Shown here: positions 19,604 through 29,153 of the stretch, piece after piece
Position numbering within the stretch: the first letter of the stretch is position 1
Layout: each line of letters opens with the position of its first letter
Assembly: GCA_965223005.1 (NCBI GenBank)
Contig: CBDCVK010000010.1
Location: forward strand, 288,001-352,000
Direction of reading: 5' to 3'
DNA: 64,000 nt
DNA from: Terriglobia bacterium
GTDB lineage: Bacteria > Acidobacteriota > Terriglobia > JAJPHL01 > JAPKYU01
Notes under the pieces: generated by a model
The model's input: the letters and a program-made list of their open reading frames with translations, nothing else
What the model was told of the DNA's origin: nothing
The model's database searches: none
Position numbers and translations under genes: made by a program

Positions 19604-21982
19604 ATGAGATCCCTTTACCGCTCGGTCGGTCTACTTGCTCTGTTCGCAATTGTGCCCATGGGTCTGGGAGCTCAGACAATCCAGGGTGTCGTCACCGATC
19701 CCCTAGGCGTGCCGGTCATGGGTGTGCGGGTAGAGCTAATCCAGAGCGGGATGCAGGCCTGGACGAGCGGAACTGGCCACTACGAGATCCGAAACGTCAG
19801 CGCTGGAAGGTACACAATCCGTGTCCTGTCGGACGATTTCGAGGCGGTAGAAGCTCAAGTCCAGGTGCCAGCCGGGGGCATTCTCCGTCACGATTTCCGG
19901 TTCGCGGCCGTCCGCAGCAGTGCAACCTCGATTGAGGTGGTCGGGGAGTCGCGCGATGTCCTAAGAGAGATTCCAGGCTCGGTTTTCCTGATCGCGAAGG
20001 AAGAGTTGCGCGATTCCAAACCCATCGATGCCAATGAGGTGCTGCGACGTGTGCCCGGCGTGAACCTTCGCGAGGACTCCGGTCCTGTAGCCATGAGGTT
20101 GAATGTGGGTCTCCGCGGGCTCAACCCGGACCGGAGCAGGAAAGTGCTCATGCTGGAAGATGGCATTCCGATCTCCCTGGCGCCCTACGGAGAGCCCGAG
20201 ATGTACTATTCTCCGCCTATTGAACGCATGCGGCGCGTTGAAGTTCTCAAAGGCAGCGGGCAGATCGCACATGGTCCCCAGACCATAGGGGGCGTCCTGA
20301 ACTTCGTCACGCCCGATCCCCCGCCTAGCACACGCGGAGAACTGGATTTGGCGGGCGGCCAACGTGGGTTCTTCAGCGGAAGAGCTTCTCTTGGCGGTAG
20401 CAGCCGCGACCAGTCGAGCGGTTGGTTCCTCAACTTTCTCCGCAAGCAAGGGGACGGTTTTCGCGACTTCTATTTTGATATTAACGATGTCCAGTCCAAG
20501 TTCACACTGAAACCCTCGGAGAATCACAGCTTCGCAATCAAGCTCGGAGTCTACGACGAACGTTCCAACTCCACTTACCTGGGGCTCACCACGCCCATGT
20601 TCCTGGCCGACCCTACCCAAAACGCTGTGCCAAACGACCTGTTGGGGGTGCGGCGGTATTCGGGTTCCATCGCCCATACGACCGGGCTGAGTCCGAATGC
20701 TGTCTTGATGACAACCTTCTTCGCTTACAACACGGTCCGTAATTGGCGGCGGCAGGATTGGGACCGTGGTGATAACGGGAGAGATTATCTCGGTATCGCC
20801 GGCGACCCTACAATTCTGGGGGGCGGGGTTTTTCTTCGGAATTCCACCGGCAACCGGAATCGAGAGTTCCAGGTGGTCGGCATCCAGAGCAACCTCTCCT
20901 ACGAACACAGGTGGGGGGGGATCCGCAACAAACTCGATACTGGAATCCGCTATCTCTACGAAGATGCGGACGACAAGCGCATCAATGGCGACCGCTTCGA
21001 CTCCTCAACGGGGCTGATTCGGGACTACGAAGACCGTTTCGGTAACGCCGTGTCCGTCTTTGTCCAGAACCGCTTCTTTCTTACTCAGAAGCTGATCTTG
21101 ACGCCCGGCGTTCGGATCGAAAAATACGGCTACGAACGACACATTCTGCGGCAGCGTGTCGATGGCGTTCCGACAGACGTGAACATCCGGAAAAGTCAGC
21201 ACTTGGTCAAAGCGGTTCCGGGGTTGGGCCTATCCTATCAACTGGACCCGACGGTGACCGTGTTTGGCGGCGTGCATCGCGGCTTCGCGCCCCCGCGAAC
21301 CAAAGATGCAATCACGAGGGAGGGGCAGTCGCTGGACCTGGATGCGGAGTTGAGCTGGAACTACGAAACTGGCGTTCGCTTCGGTCCCCAGCGGGTTGTG
21401 CGGGGCGAGGTCACCTTCTTCCGGATGGACTTCGAAAACCAGATCATCCCCGCGGCGGAATCCGGTGGTGCCACCACTACGCTGATCAATGGTGGGGAGA
21501 CCCTCCACCAAGGCCTGGAAGCCAGCCTGCGCGTCAATTGGAACGAGCTGGTCGGCAGCTCGTGGGTGATTTATACCGATATTCGACACATGTATCTGCC
21601 GACGGCCAAGTTTACGCGCAATTTCCTTTTTGCGGACAATCGCCTTCCTTACGCACCGAGAACTACTTCTTCTTTTATGGTTGGCTTTCGGCAGCCTGGG
21701 AGATTCGGCTTCCAGCTCGACGCCAGCTACATAAACAAGCAGTTCGGAGACAACCTGAACACCATTACGCCCTCGCCCGACGGCACAATCGGACTATTGC
21801 CTGGCTACACGATTTGGAATCTGGGGTTCGACTATACGATCCAGCGGGAGCGCCTCCAGCTCAAGCCTTACTTCACGATCAAGAACCTGACGGACAAGAT
21901 TTATATTTCCTCTCGCGCTCCCCAGGGCATCCAGCCGGGCATGTTCCGACAGGTTAACGCCGGGATACGATTCGCCTTCTGA
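19604..21982 (+). CDS. TonB-dependent receptor, FecA-like, with N-terminal carboxypeptidase-regulatory-like domain
   Basis: Signal peptide; plug LRRVPGV...GLRGLNPDRS.KVLMLEDGIP...IERMRRVEVLKG...TIGGVLNFVT; C-terminal NLTDKIY...GIRFAF ending in Phe. Confidence 0.93.
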   Translation: MRSLYRSVGLLALFAIVPMGLGAQTIQGVVTDPLGVPVMGVRVELIQSGMQAWTSGTGHYEIRNVSAGRYTIRVLSDDFEAVEAQVQVPAGGILRHDFRFAAVRSSATSIEVVGESRDVLREIPGSVFLIAKEELRDSKPIDANEVLRRVPGVNLREDSGPVAMRLNVGLRGLNPDRSRKVLMLEDGIPISLAPYGEPEMYYSPPIERMRRVEVLKGSGQIAHGPQTIGGVLNFVTPDPPPSTRGELDLAGGQRGFFSGRASLGGSSRDQSSGWFLNFLRKQGDGFRDFYFDINDVQSKFTLKPSENHSFAIKLGVYDERSNSTYLGLTTPMFLADPTQNAVPNDLLGVRRYSGSIAHTTGLSPNAVLMTTFFAYNTVRNWRRQDWDRGDNGRDYLGIAGDPTILGGGVFLRNSTGNRNREFQVVGIQSNLSYEHRWGGIRNKLDTGIRYLYEDADDKRINGDRFDSSTGLIRDYEDRFGNAVSVFVQNRFFLTQKLILTPGVRIEKYGYERHILRQRVDGVPTDVNIRKSQHLVKAVPGLGLSYQLDPTVTVFGGVHRGFAPPRTKDAITREGQSLDLDAELSWNYETGVRFGPQRVVRGEVTFFRMDFENQIIPAAESGGATTTLINGGETLHQGLEASLRVNWNELVGSSWVIYTDIRHMYLPTAKFTRNFLFADNRLPYAPRTTSSFMVGFRQPGRFGFQLDASYINKQFGDNLNTITPSPDGTIGLLPGYTIWNLGFDYTIQRERLQLKPYFTIKNLTDKIYISSRAPQGIQPGMFRQVNAGIRFAF

Positions 21983-22208
21983 CCACGCTCTCAGGTCATG
22001 GATTCAACCCAGGACTTCCCTGCTGGAGCCGGAGGGCGCAATTGGGGTCGAACAGTTTCCTGGGATCCAGAACCGCGCTAATATCGGCCTTTCCGGACCC
22101 CTGAGGTGACGGCGGTTGAGATTTTGCGGCCGGCAACTTCAGACCTTCCCAAATCTTGTGCGGCCCGATAGAATAGAGGAAGCGAGTTCGTATTTTGGAG
22201 CGGTGGCG

Positions 22209-23270
22209 ATGAAGGGTGGCGATAGGCAATGGGTTCGAAAGTCGGCGACCCTGGTGATGGCGGTCGCGCTGGGATTCGTACTGTGTCGGGCGCAAAGCTC
22301 GCCCGAGCTGGAGACATCCTCCTCCGACCCCGACCTCCGCATCACTGTCGAGCGCGTCCACGTGCCTTTTACGGTCACTGACCACAAGGACCGTTTTGTC
22401 ACTGACCTCAAGCAAACCGATTTCACCGTTTATGAAGATGGTAAAAAGGTACCCGTAGACTTCTTCACCCCCATCTCCATGCTGCCATTGCGCGTCGGGC
22501 TGTTGTTGGACACCAGCAACAGCGTCCGGATGCAGTTCAAGGGTGAGAAAACCGCCGCCATTGATTTCGTCCACTCGCTGCTAAAGGGCAAGACCAAGCA
22601 CAGAATCTTCCTGATGACCTTTGACACCACCAAGGACGTGGTGACGGATTTCACCAACGACCCAAACGATCTGTCGGAAGCGGTGCGCAAGTTGAGGGTG
22701 GGCGGCGGCACGGCTTTGTTTGAGGCCATCTATTTTGCCTGCCGTGAAAAGTTGCTCCGAGAGACCGAGCCGGGCGGGCTGCGCCGGGTGCTGGTCGTCA
22801 TCACCGACGGGGAAGACGATGCCAGCCGGTACACTCTGGAGCAGGTGGTGGACATGGCACGCCGGGCCGAGGTCACCATCTACGCCATCAGCACCATTGC
22901 TCACGGCAGGACCAGTCCGGGAGAGAAAGTGCTGAAGAAACTGACCGCGGAGACCGGCGGCAGGATCGTCGCTCCCTGGAAGGAACCTCCTTCGGCTGAG
23001 TACGGCACCGGCAAACTGTCTCGGCTCCAGATCGGCAATACGAACGCCATCTATCAGATTGGCACGGGAAAGCACGCAGCAGAAGCTGCCGCCCAATTGG
23101 CTACGGCGCTAGCCCGAATCCAAAGAGAGCTGGAGCTGCAGTACACCATCGGCTATCGCCCGCCCAAGCCGGTAGTCGACGGGAAATTCCGCGAGATCAG
23201 GGTGGTGGCCCGCGAGGAGGATCTAAAGATTCGCGCTCGCAAGGGCTACTACGTCCGGCCGCCGTTGTAG
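22209..23270 (+). CDS. VWA domain protein (Acidobacteria-type)
   Basis: VTDHKDRFVTDL...FTVYEDG, MIDAS LLDTSNS, GGTALFEAI, ITDGEDDAS, QYTIGY...DGKFREIRV...RARKGYY. Confidence 0.88.
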   Translation: MKGGDRQWVRKSATLVMAVALGFVLCRAQSSPELETSSSDPDLRITVERVHVPFTVTDHKDRFVTDLKQTDFTVYEDGKKVPVDFFTPISMLPLRVGLLLDTSNSVRMQFKGEKTAAIDFVHSLLKGKTKHRIFLMTFDTTKDVVTDFTNDPNDLSEAVRKLRVGGGTALFEAIYFACREKLLRETEPGGLRRVLVVITDGEDDASRYTLEQVVDMARRAEVTIYAISTIAHGRTSPGEKVLKKLTAETGGRIVAPWKEPPSAEYGTGKLSRLQIGNTNAIYQIGTGKHAAEAAAQLATALARIQRELELQYTIGYRPPKPVVDGKFREIRVVAREEDLKIRARKGYYVRPPL

Positions 23271-23787
23271 TTCACGCCATCCCATCCGATACGCGAAGTA
23301 CATAGCTTTGGTAAATGGTTGCGCGCCGGCGTGCCACTACCGGCGTCTCAGCGCAGGGCTTGGCTTCTATATGTGGCCTGGGTCCCACTTGTCGCAGGCA
23401 CCGGGCGTGGGTCCCGGCAATGCATAGGAGGAATTCGGAGTGGGCCCGGCCCTCCATGTAGGAGGCGTGAGGGGTTTAGGAGAATCAGGGACCGGGCCTT
23501 GCCCGTCTTAAACCCGGTCCTTGACGGGAAGTTGCGCTGGCAATCTATGCCTTGGCGGCGGCGCTCGCGCCTTTCTCGATGGGCGCGTCTATTGAATCCG
23601 GGCGGACGCCGATTCTCCGGCGGCATCCTGAACTTCGCTGTGGTTCGCGAGAGCCCCTAGTGTAAAGTCAACGCGACCTGGCGTAGTATGACGTGCATTT
23701 CGAAAGTTACAGTGCTAATGATCGAGCGTCTCTGGGAAGCCGAAGTCAAGACGTCGTTCCGGAGGGAATCTCGTGAAGGAGTAAGGG

Positions 23788-24903
23788 ATGAGCAAGATAC
23801 GAGTACTGGTTGGCACACGCAAGGGCGCATTCGTCCTGACGTCGGACGCAAAGCGCGAACGCTGGGACATCAGTGGCCCCCACTTTGGGGGCTGGGCGAT
23901 CTTCCATCTCAAGGGGTCTCCCGCTGACCCGAATAGGCTGTATGCGTCGCAGTCCAGCGACTGGTTCGGGCAGGTGATGCAGGGCTCGAACGACGGTGGC
24001 AAGACTTGGGAACCGGTGGGTAACAAGTTCGTGTACGAGGGCGTCCCTGGCACTCACCAGTGGTACGATGGCACGCCGCACCCCTGGGAGTTCAAGCGAG
24101 TCTGGCATCTCGAACCGTCGCTTACCGATCCGGACACTGTTTACGCCGGGGTTGAAGACGCCGCCTTGTTCCGTTCTACCGACGGCGGCCAGACGTGGCA
24201 GGAACTCGCCGGACTGCGCGGCCACGGCACGGGGCCCCGGTGGCAGCCAGGCGCCGGCGGGCTGTGCCTGCACACGATCCTTCTTGATCCGAGCGGTCCC
24301 GGACGGATCGTCATCGCCATCTCGGCTGCGGGCGCATTCCGGACCGACAACGTCGGCAAGACGTGGCGACCGATCAACCGTGGACTGAAGTCCGAACACA
24401 TCCCCGACCCGAATGCCGAGGTGGGCCATTGCGTTCATCACATCGCGATGCACCCGTCGCGTCCTGACGTGCTGTTCATGCAGAAACACTGGGACGTCAT
24501 GCGCAGCGACGACGCCGGCGAGTCGTGGCAAGAGGTCAGCGGGAACTTGCCGACCGACTTCGGGTTCCCGATCGAGGTGCATGCGCACGAGCCGGACACT
24601 GTCTACGTCGTCCCGATCAAGAGCGACTCCGAGCACTATCCGCCCGAGGGAAAGCTGCGCGTGTACCGCAGCCGGACGGGGGGAAACGAGTGGGAGGCGC
24701 TCACGAAAGGTCTGCCGCAAAGCAACTGCTACGTCAACGTGTTGCGCGACTCGATGGCCGTCGACTCGCTCGATCCGTGCGGTGTGTATTTCGGCACGAC
24801 CGGCGGTCAGGTGTACGCGTCGGCTGATGCCGGAGACAGATGGACTCCTATCGTCCGGGATCTTCCGCCCGTGTTGTCTGTCGAAGTCCAGATGCTGCCA
24901 TGA
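23788..24903 (+). CDS. BNR/Asp-box repeat beta-propeller (exo-alpha-sialidase-like)
   Basis: [10 protein letters not shown]; repeated S.DGG.TW Asp-boxes ([32 protein letters not shown]). Confidence 0.88.
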   Translation: MSKIRVLVGTRKGAFVLTSDAKRERWDISGPHFGGWAIFHLKGSPADPNRLYASQSSDWFGQVMQGSNDGGKTWEPVGNKFVYEGVPGTHQWYDGTPHPWEFKRVWHLEPSLTDPDTVYAGVEDAALFRSTDGGQTWQELAGLRGHGTGPRWQPGAGGLCLHTILLDPSGPGRIVIAISAAGAFRTDNVGKTWRPINRGLKSEHIPDPNAEVGHCVHHIAMHPSRPDVLFMQKHWDVMRSDDAGESWQEVSGNLPTDFGFPIEVHAHEPDTVYVVPIKSDSEHYPPEGKLRVYRSRTGGNEWEALTKGLPQSNCYVNVLRDSMAVDSLDPCGVYFGTTGGQVYASADAGDRWTPIVRDLPPVLSVEVQMLP

Positions 24904-25199
24904 TCCGAGTCGTGCTCCCGGCACATCTGCGGACTCTGGCGCACATCGAGGGCGAGGTGAAGCTCCACGTTGAAGGTCCGGTTACGCAGCGCTCGGTCCT
25001 CGACGCTCTCGAGGCCAGGTATCCGATGTTGCGAGGGACGTTCCGCGACCACGTCACGCAACAGCGCCGAGCGTTCCTCAGGTTCTTCGCCTGCGAGCAC
25101 GATCTGTCCCACGAACTACCGGACACCCCGCTGCCCGAGGCGGTCGCGATAGGGGCCGAACCTTTTATTGTCGTGGGGGCCATAGCAGCCCGTGTCTAA
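24900..25199 (+). CDS. MoaD/ThiS-family ubiquitin-like protein; native ...GAIAGG* end displaced to 26307 by the IS fragment
   Basis: [14 protein letters not shown]...[13 protein letters not shown]...[11 protein letters not shown]...IVVGAIA; the GG end is present only in the duplicated copy 26224-26307. Confidence 0.82.
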   Translation: MIRVVLPAHLRTLAHIEGEVKLHVEGPVTQRSVLDALEARYPMLRGTFRDHVTQQRRAFLRFFACEHDLSHELPDTPLPEAVAIGAEPFIVVGAIAARV

Positions 25200-26297
25200 A
25201 CCGGCCTTTGGGCCGGCCTCTTTTTCAGGCGGGGCAAGTGAAGAGCAAAGCCGTGAATTTGACCGTTGCACCAGGATAGGGGCGTGGGGGATTCGGGGTG
25301 GGCCATTCTTGTGGCAGTGATCCAGAAAACGAGCAAAAACAGCTCGGTGATGCGGTCTTGCAGGCCTCGCGGGGTTCCCGCCCCCAGCAGCTGGCGCAAA
25401 ACTAGCGCCAGGTTGCAGGCTGCTGCCTGCAGCAACAGTTTCTTTTGCACGTTTATCTTCCCACGGACATACAAGCGTCTCATCCTGCCCGTCTCATACA
25501 TGTGCGCAAACGGACGCTCCAGCATCTCCCCACGTTTCCGCAGCAGCGCCTTCCCTCGCTGCCCCGTCACCCGCCGCCGATTGCGGTAGACCGCCGCCTT
25601 CTGCTCTTCCTTGCCCGTCCATTGCCGCCGTCCCCGCTCCGGCTCCGCAATGTAGGTCCGCACCTCCATCGCCTGCATCTCTGCCAGCACTTCCCCACTG
25701 TGATACCCCTTGTCGGCCACCACCTCTTCCACCCCGTCTCGTTCACCACAAACTCCCCTTCGGCCGTGGGTGGCGATCTGCTCGCCCACCGCCGCGCCGG
25801 CCGCCGGCAGGGTCTGCTGAACCGACGCCGCAGCGCCACAATCGCAGTCGGTCCATGTCGCACGCTCCTTGTAAGCCAGTGCCGTGCGCCCGTCCTTCAG
25901 GCCAGGTATCCGATGTTGCGCTGCAGGGACGTTCCGCGACCACGTCATGGCCGCGCAACAGCGCCGAGGCCCCGTTCGGCCACCAGCCGCAGCACCCATC
26001 CAAACACTTCCTGGTGCGTTCGTCCATCAGCCGCCCTGCGCGAGATCGTCACATCCGGCGTCTGTTCATCCAGCCCAATCTGCAAAAACTGCCGCAAACT
26101 CAAGGAATCGGCCACCCGCCAGGCGATGCCTCGCTCGCTGTCGATCCCCTCGAAGAAGCCGATCAGCATCAACCGGAAGTACATCCCCGGCGGCAACGAC
26201 GGTCGGCCCAGCCGCTCGTGGTAGAACTGCCGGACACCCCGCTGCCCGAGGCGGTCGCGATAGGGGCCGAACCTTTTATTGTCGTGGGGGCCATAGC
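25113..26297. repeat. 74-bp direct repeat (25113-25186 and 26224-26297) flanking the IS fragment
   Basis: GAACT(A/G)CCGGACACCCCGCTG...GGGCCATAGC present twice with one mismatch. Confidence 0.92.
25187..26223 (-). mobile_element. IS1182-like transposase fragment (5' end and central part missing)
   Basis: GRPSLPPGMYFRLMLIGFFEGIDSERGIAWRVADSLSLRQFL; KDGRT.LAYK; VADKGYHS; RGEMLERPFAHMYETGRMRR. Confidence 0.85.
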
Positions 26298-26404
26298 CGG
26301 CGGCTAACGGCCGGCAATCGTTCCGGAAGGAGAGATCAAAGGTGCGCCAGTTGTGCTATGCTGGAGAGCTTGTACAGGGCTATCGCAGGTGTTGAGGCCT
26401 AGGC

Positions 26405-26965
26405 ATGGGCTATCTTCAGAACAAATTCGAGAAGAACTTCATCATCACCTCGGTAGACTACGTGTTCAACTGGGCCCGCAAGTCGGCGATCTGGCCGTTG
26501 ACGTTCGGGCTAGCCTGCTGCGCTATCGAGATGATCGCCTCCAGCACCTCGCGGTTTGATATCGCCCGGTTTGGCGCCGAAGTTTTCCGACCCAGCCCGC
26601 GCCAGGCAGATCTGATGATCGTGGCCGGCACCGTCACCCTGAAGATGGCTCCCGTGCTGAAACGCGTCTACGACCAAATGCCCGATCCCAAGTGGGTCAT
26701 CTCCATGGGCGCCTGTTCCAGTGTGGGCGGCCCCTTCAACACCTACGCGGTCCTGCAGGGAGTGGACAAGATCGTGCCGGTGGACGTGTATGTCATCGGC
26801 TGCCCGCCTCGTCCGGAGAACCTGTTTTACGCGCTCCTCAAGCTGCAAGACAAGATTGACCAGATGAGCCTGGCCAAGCATCCCACCGAAGTGCGGCTGA
26901 CGCCCCCGATGGTAGAAAACTTCAAGAGCCAGGTGATGATCGCCCAGACTTCTCAACCGAAGTAA
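26405..26965 (+). CDS. nuoB: NADH-quinone oxidoreductase subunit B
   Basis: [48 protein letters not shown]. Confidence 0.97.
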   Translation: MGYLQNKFEKNFIITSVDYVFNWARKSAIWPLTFGLACCAIEMIASSTSRFDIARFGAEVFRPSPRQADLMIVAGTVTLKMAPVLKRVYDQMPDPKWVISMGACSSVGGPFNTYAVLQGVDKIVPVDVYVIGCPPRPENLFYALLKLQDKIDQMSLAKHPTEVRLTPPMVENFKSQVMIAQTSQPK

Positions 26966-26984
26966 ACGGGAGGGAACACACCTT

Positions 26985-27290
26985 ATGCTAGCGTTCGTCA
27001 AGGTAGCGGCTGTCGCAGATATTCCTACAGGGACTGTGCGCGAGGTGGAGGCCAACGGCAAGAAAATCGCGGTGGCTAACCTCCAGGGTCAATTCTACGC
27101 GATGGACAATACCTGCCTGCACCGTGGCGGGCCGATTGGCCAGGGCGTGCTGGAGGGGAATGCGGTTGAATGCCCCTGGCACGGCTGGCAGTACGATATG
27201 AAGACCGGGCAGTGTGCTTTCAATCCCGCAGCCAAACTCCCCACCTACGAGGTCAAAGTCGAGGGCGCTGACGTATTGGTCGCCGCTTAA
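26985..27290 (+). CDS. Rieske [2Fe-2S] ferredoxin
   Basis: CLHRGGP...CPWHGWQY. Confidence 0.93.
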   Translation: MLAFVKVAAVADIPTGTVREVEANGKKIAVANLQGQFYAMDNTCLHRGGPIGQGVLEGNAVECPWHGWQYDMKTGQCAFNPAAKLPTYEVKVEGADVLVAA

Positions 27291-27389
27291 AGGACCTGGC
27301 GCCGGAGCCAACCTCTCTCGTCCCCTCGCAAGAGCGCTAAAGCTGATGATTTGGTGAATTGCCGCCGCTTCGCGTCCGGGTGGCGCGTT

Positions 27390-28880
27390 CTAGGGCGTGT
27401 TGCCGCAGTAGGTTTTCGTGATCTGCTGGAGGTGGTAGCCGCGGATGGCCAGGCCCACTGCGGTCCCAAACTCGTGACGGTGATGACGCGCGGCCTGCAT
27501 CAGGAAGCGCCAATAGGCCATTCGCGAACTTCCCAGGACGCCCTGGCGCAGCAAGGAGGTGCCAAAGGCTAGGTAATCGGAAAGCTTGCGAACGGTCTGG
27601 GCAGTGCTCGGTCCACTGTGTTCCAGGAATCGCAACGCGCGGCGGTAGTATTCTTCGGGATTGTAGATGACCTTGAGAAGGTTCTTGTACCCATCGACCA
27701 GCGTCTCGGCATTCATCCGCGGGATGAAGTTCAGCATGCAATCCGTGGCCACGTTATTGCCGCTGCTCTGTATCAGCAGGCGGCCCTCACGCTGGAGGCG
27801 GCGGTAGAGCTGGGTGTTGGGCAGAGCCGTGAGCAACGCGACCATGGCGACGGGGATGGCGCTCGCGCGGATGAAATGCAGTTGCTCTTCGAAGATGTTG
27901 GGCGGATCGTTGTCGAAGCCCACGATGAAGCCACCCATCACTTCCAGACCATAGCTCTGGATCAGACGCACACTCTCCAGCAAATCCTTCCGGGTATTCT
28001 GATATTTCTGCGTCTCGATGAGGCTGGCCTCCACCGGTGTCTCAATTCCCAGGAAGACCTTCACGAAGTTGGCGCGGCGCATTTGCCGCAACAGCTCCTC
28101 GTCCTCGGCCAGGTTCAGTGAAGCCTCGGTGAGGAAGTAAAACGGGTGGTGATTCCGCTCGGTCCATTCGGCGAGCACCGGCAGAAGCTGCTTCACATTG
28201 GGTTTGTTGCCAATGAAATTGTCGTCCACAATGAACACCGAGCCTCGCCATCCGGCGCGCAGCAGCGATTCCAGCTCTTCCACTACCTGCGCGGGACTCT
28301 TGGTGCGTGGTTTGCGTCCGTAAATTTCGATGATGTCACAGAATTCGCAGTTGAACGGGCAGCCGCGTGAATACTGGAGAGCCATGGCACTGTACTTCTG
28401 GATGCGGATCAGGCTTAAGTCCGGCAGCGGCGAGCGAAGCAACGAGGGCCGCTCCGGGTGCCCGTATACCGGCTTCAAGCTCCTGGCTTCGAGGTCGGTG
28501 GCGAGCTGCCCGATCAGGTCTTCGGCCTCGCCCTGCATCACCGCGTCGGCGAGGTGGCTGAAATCCACCCCGCTGGTAATTGGGCCGCCCATGACCACGG
28601 GCAGACCATGGCGCCGGCAGCGGCGCGCCACTTCCTCCATCGACTCCTGCTGGACCAGCATCCCGCTGATCAGCGCCACGTCCGCCCACTTCAGGTCGCG
28701 GTCGCGCAGGGGCTCGACGTTCAAGTCCACCAAACGTCGGTTCCACCCAGCAGGAAAAAGGGGGGCGATGGTCATCAGGCCGAGCGGAGGGAAGGCCGAG
28801 CGCTTCCTCTCGAACTTCAAGGCATGCTTGAAACTCCAGAAGGTGGTAGGGAACTCAGGGTAGAGAAACAAGAGGTTCAT
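27390..28880 (-). CDS. B12-binding radical SAM protein (DUF4070/HpnP-like)
   Basis: TFWSF...PPLGLMTIA; SRGCPFNCEFCDII; VFIVDDNFIGN; GFIVGFDND. Confidence 0.9.
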   Translation of the reverse strand: MNLLFLYPEFPTTFWSFKHALKFERKRSAFPPLGLMTIAPLFPAGWNRRLVDLNVEPLRDRDLKWADVALISGMLVQQESMEEVARRCRRHGLPVVMGGPITSGVDFSHLADAVMQGEAEDLIGQLATDLEARSLKPVYGHPERPSLLRSPLPDLSLIRIQKYSAMALQYSRGCPFNCEFCDIIEIYGRKPRTKSPAQVVEELESLLRAGWRGSVFIVDDNFIGNKPNVKQLLPVLAEWTERNHHPFYFLTEASLNLAEDEELLRQMRRANFVKVFLGIETPVEASLIETQKYQNTRKDLLESVRLIQSYGLEVMGGFIVGFDNDPPNIFEEQLHFIRASAIPVAMVALLTALPNTQLYRRLQREGRLLIQSSGNNVATDCMLNFIPRMNAETLVDGYKNLLKVIYNPEEYYRRALRFLEHSGPSTAQTVRKLSDYLAFGTSLLRQGVLGSSRMAYWRFLMQAARHHRHEFGTAVGLAIRGYHLQQITKTYCGNTP

Positions 28881-29153
28881 CTTCGCAGTATCCTCAGATC
28901 CAGAAGGGTCTTCAGCTTACAGGCAAACATACAAAGTGCCAAGCGCAAAACGCCAGATGCGACAAAAAGGCAGCTAGCAGTGGCTAGAAGGGGTCCAGCG
29001 GTTCCCGGTGCCGGGTGCTCGATGCAAGTCTCACCACGACCGCCACTTTGGCCTTGCTTGTTGCTACCGGGGTATTAGAAAATAAAATTGACCCTCTCGC
29101 TTTCGGGCAACCTTAAAGGTCCAGCCTAAAAGCATGACTAGGAACCTTGGGAC

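Noticed and set aside
19386-19607. 73-aa ORF upstream of the TonB receptor
   Set aside because: Overlaps the promoter/operator leader, has a TTG start without RBS and no protein-like features
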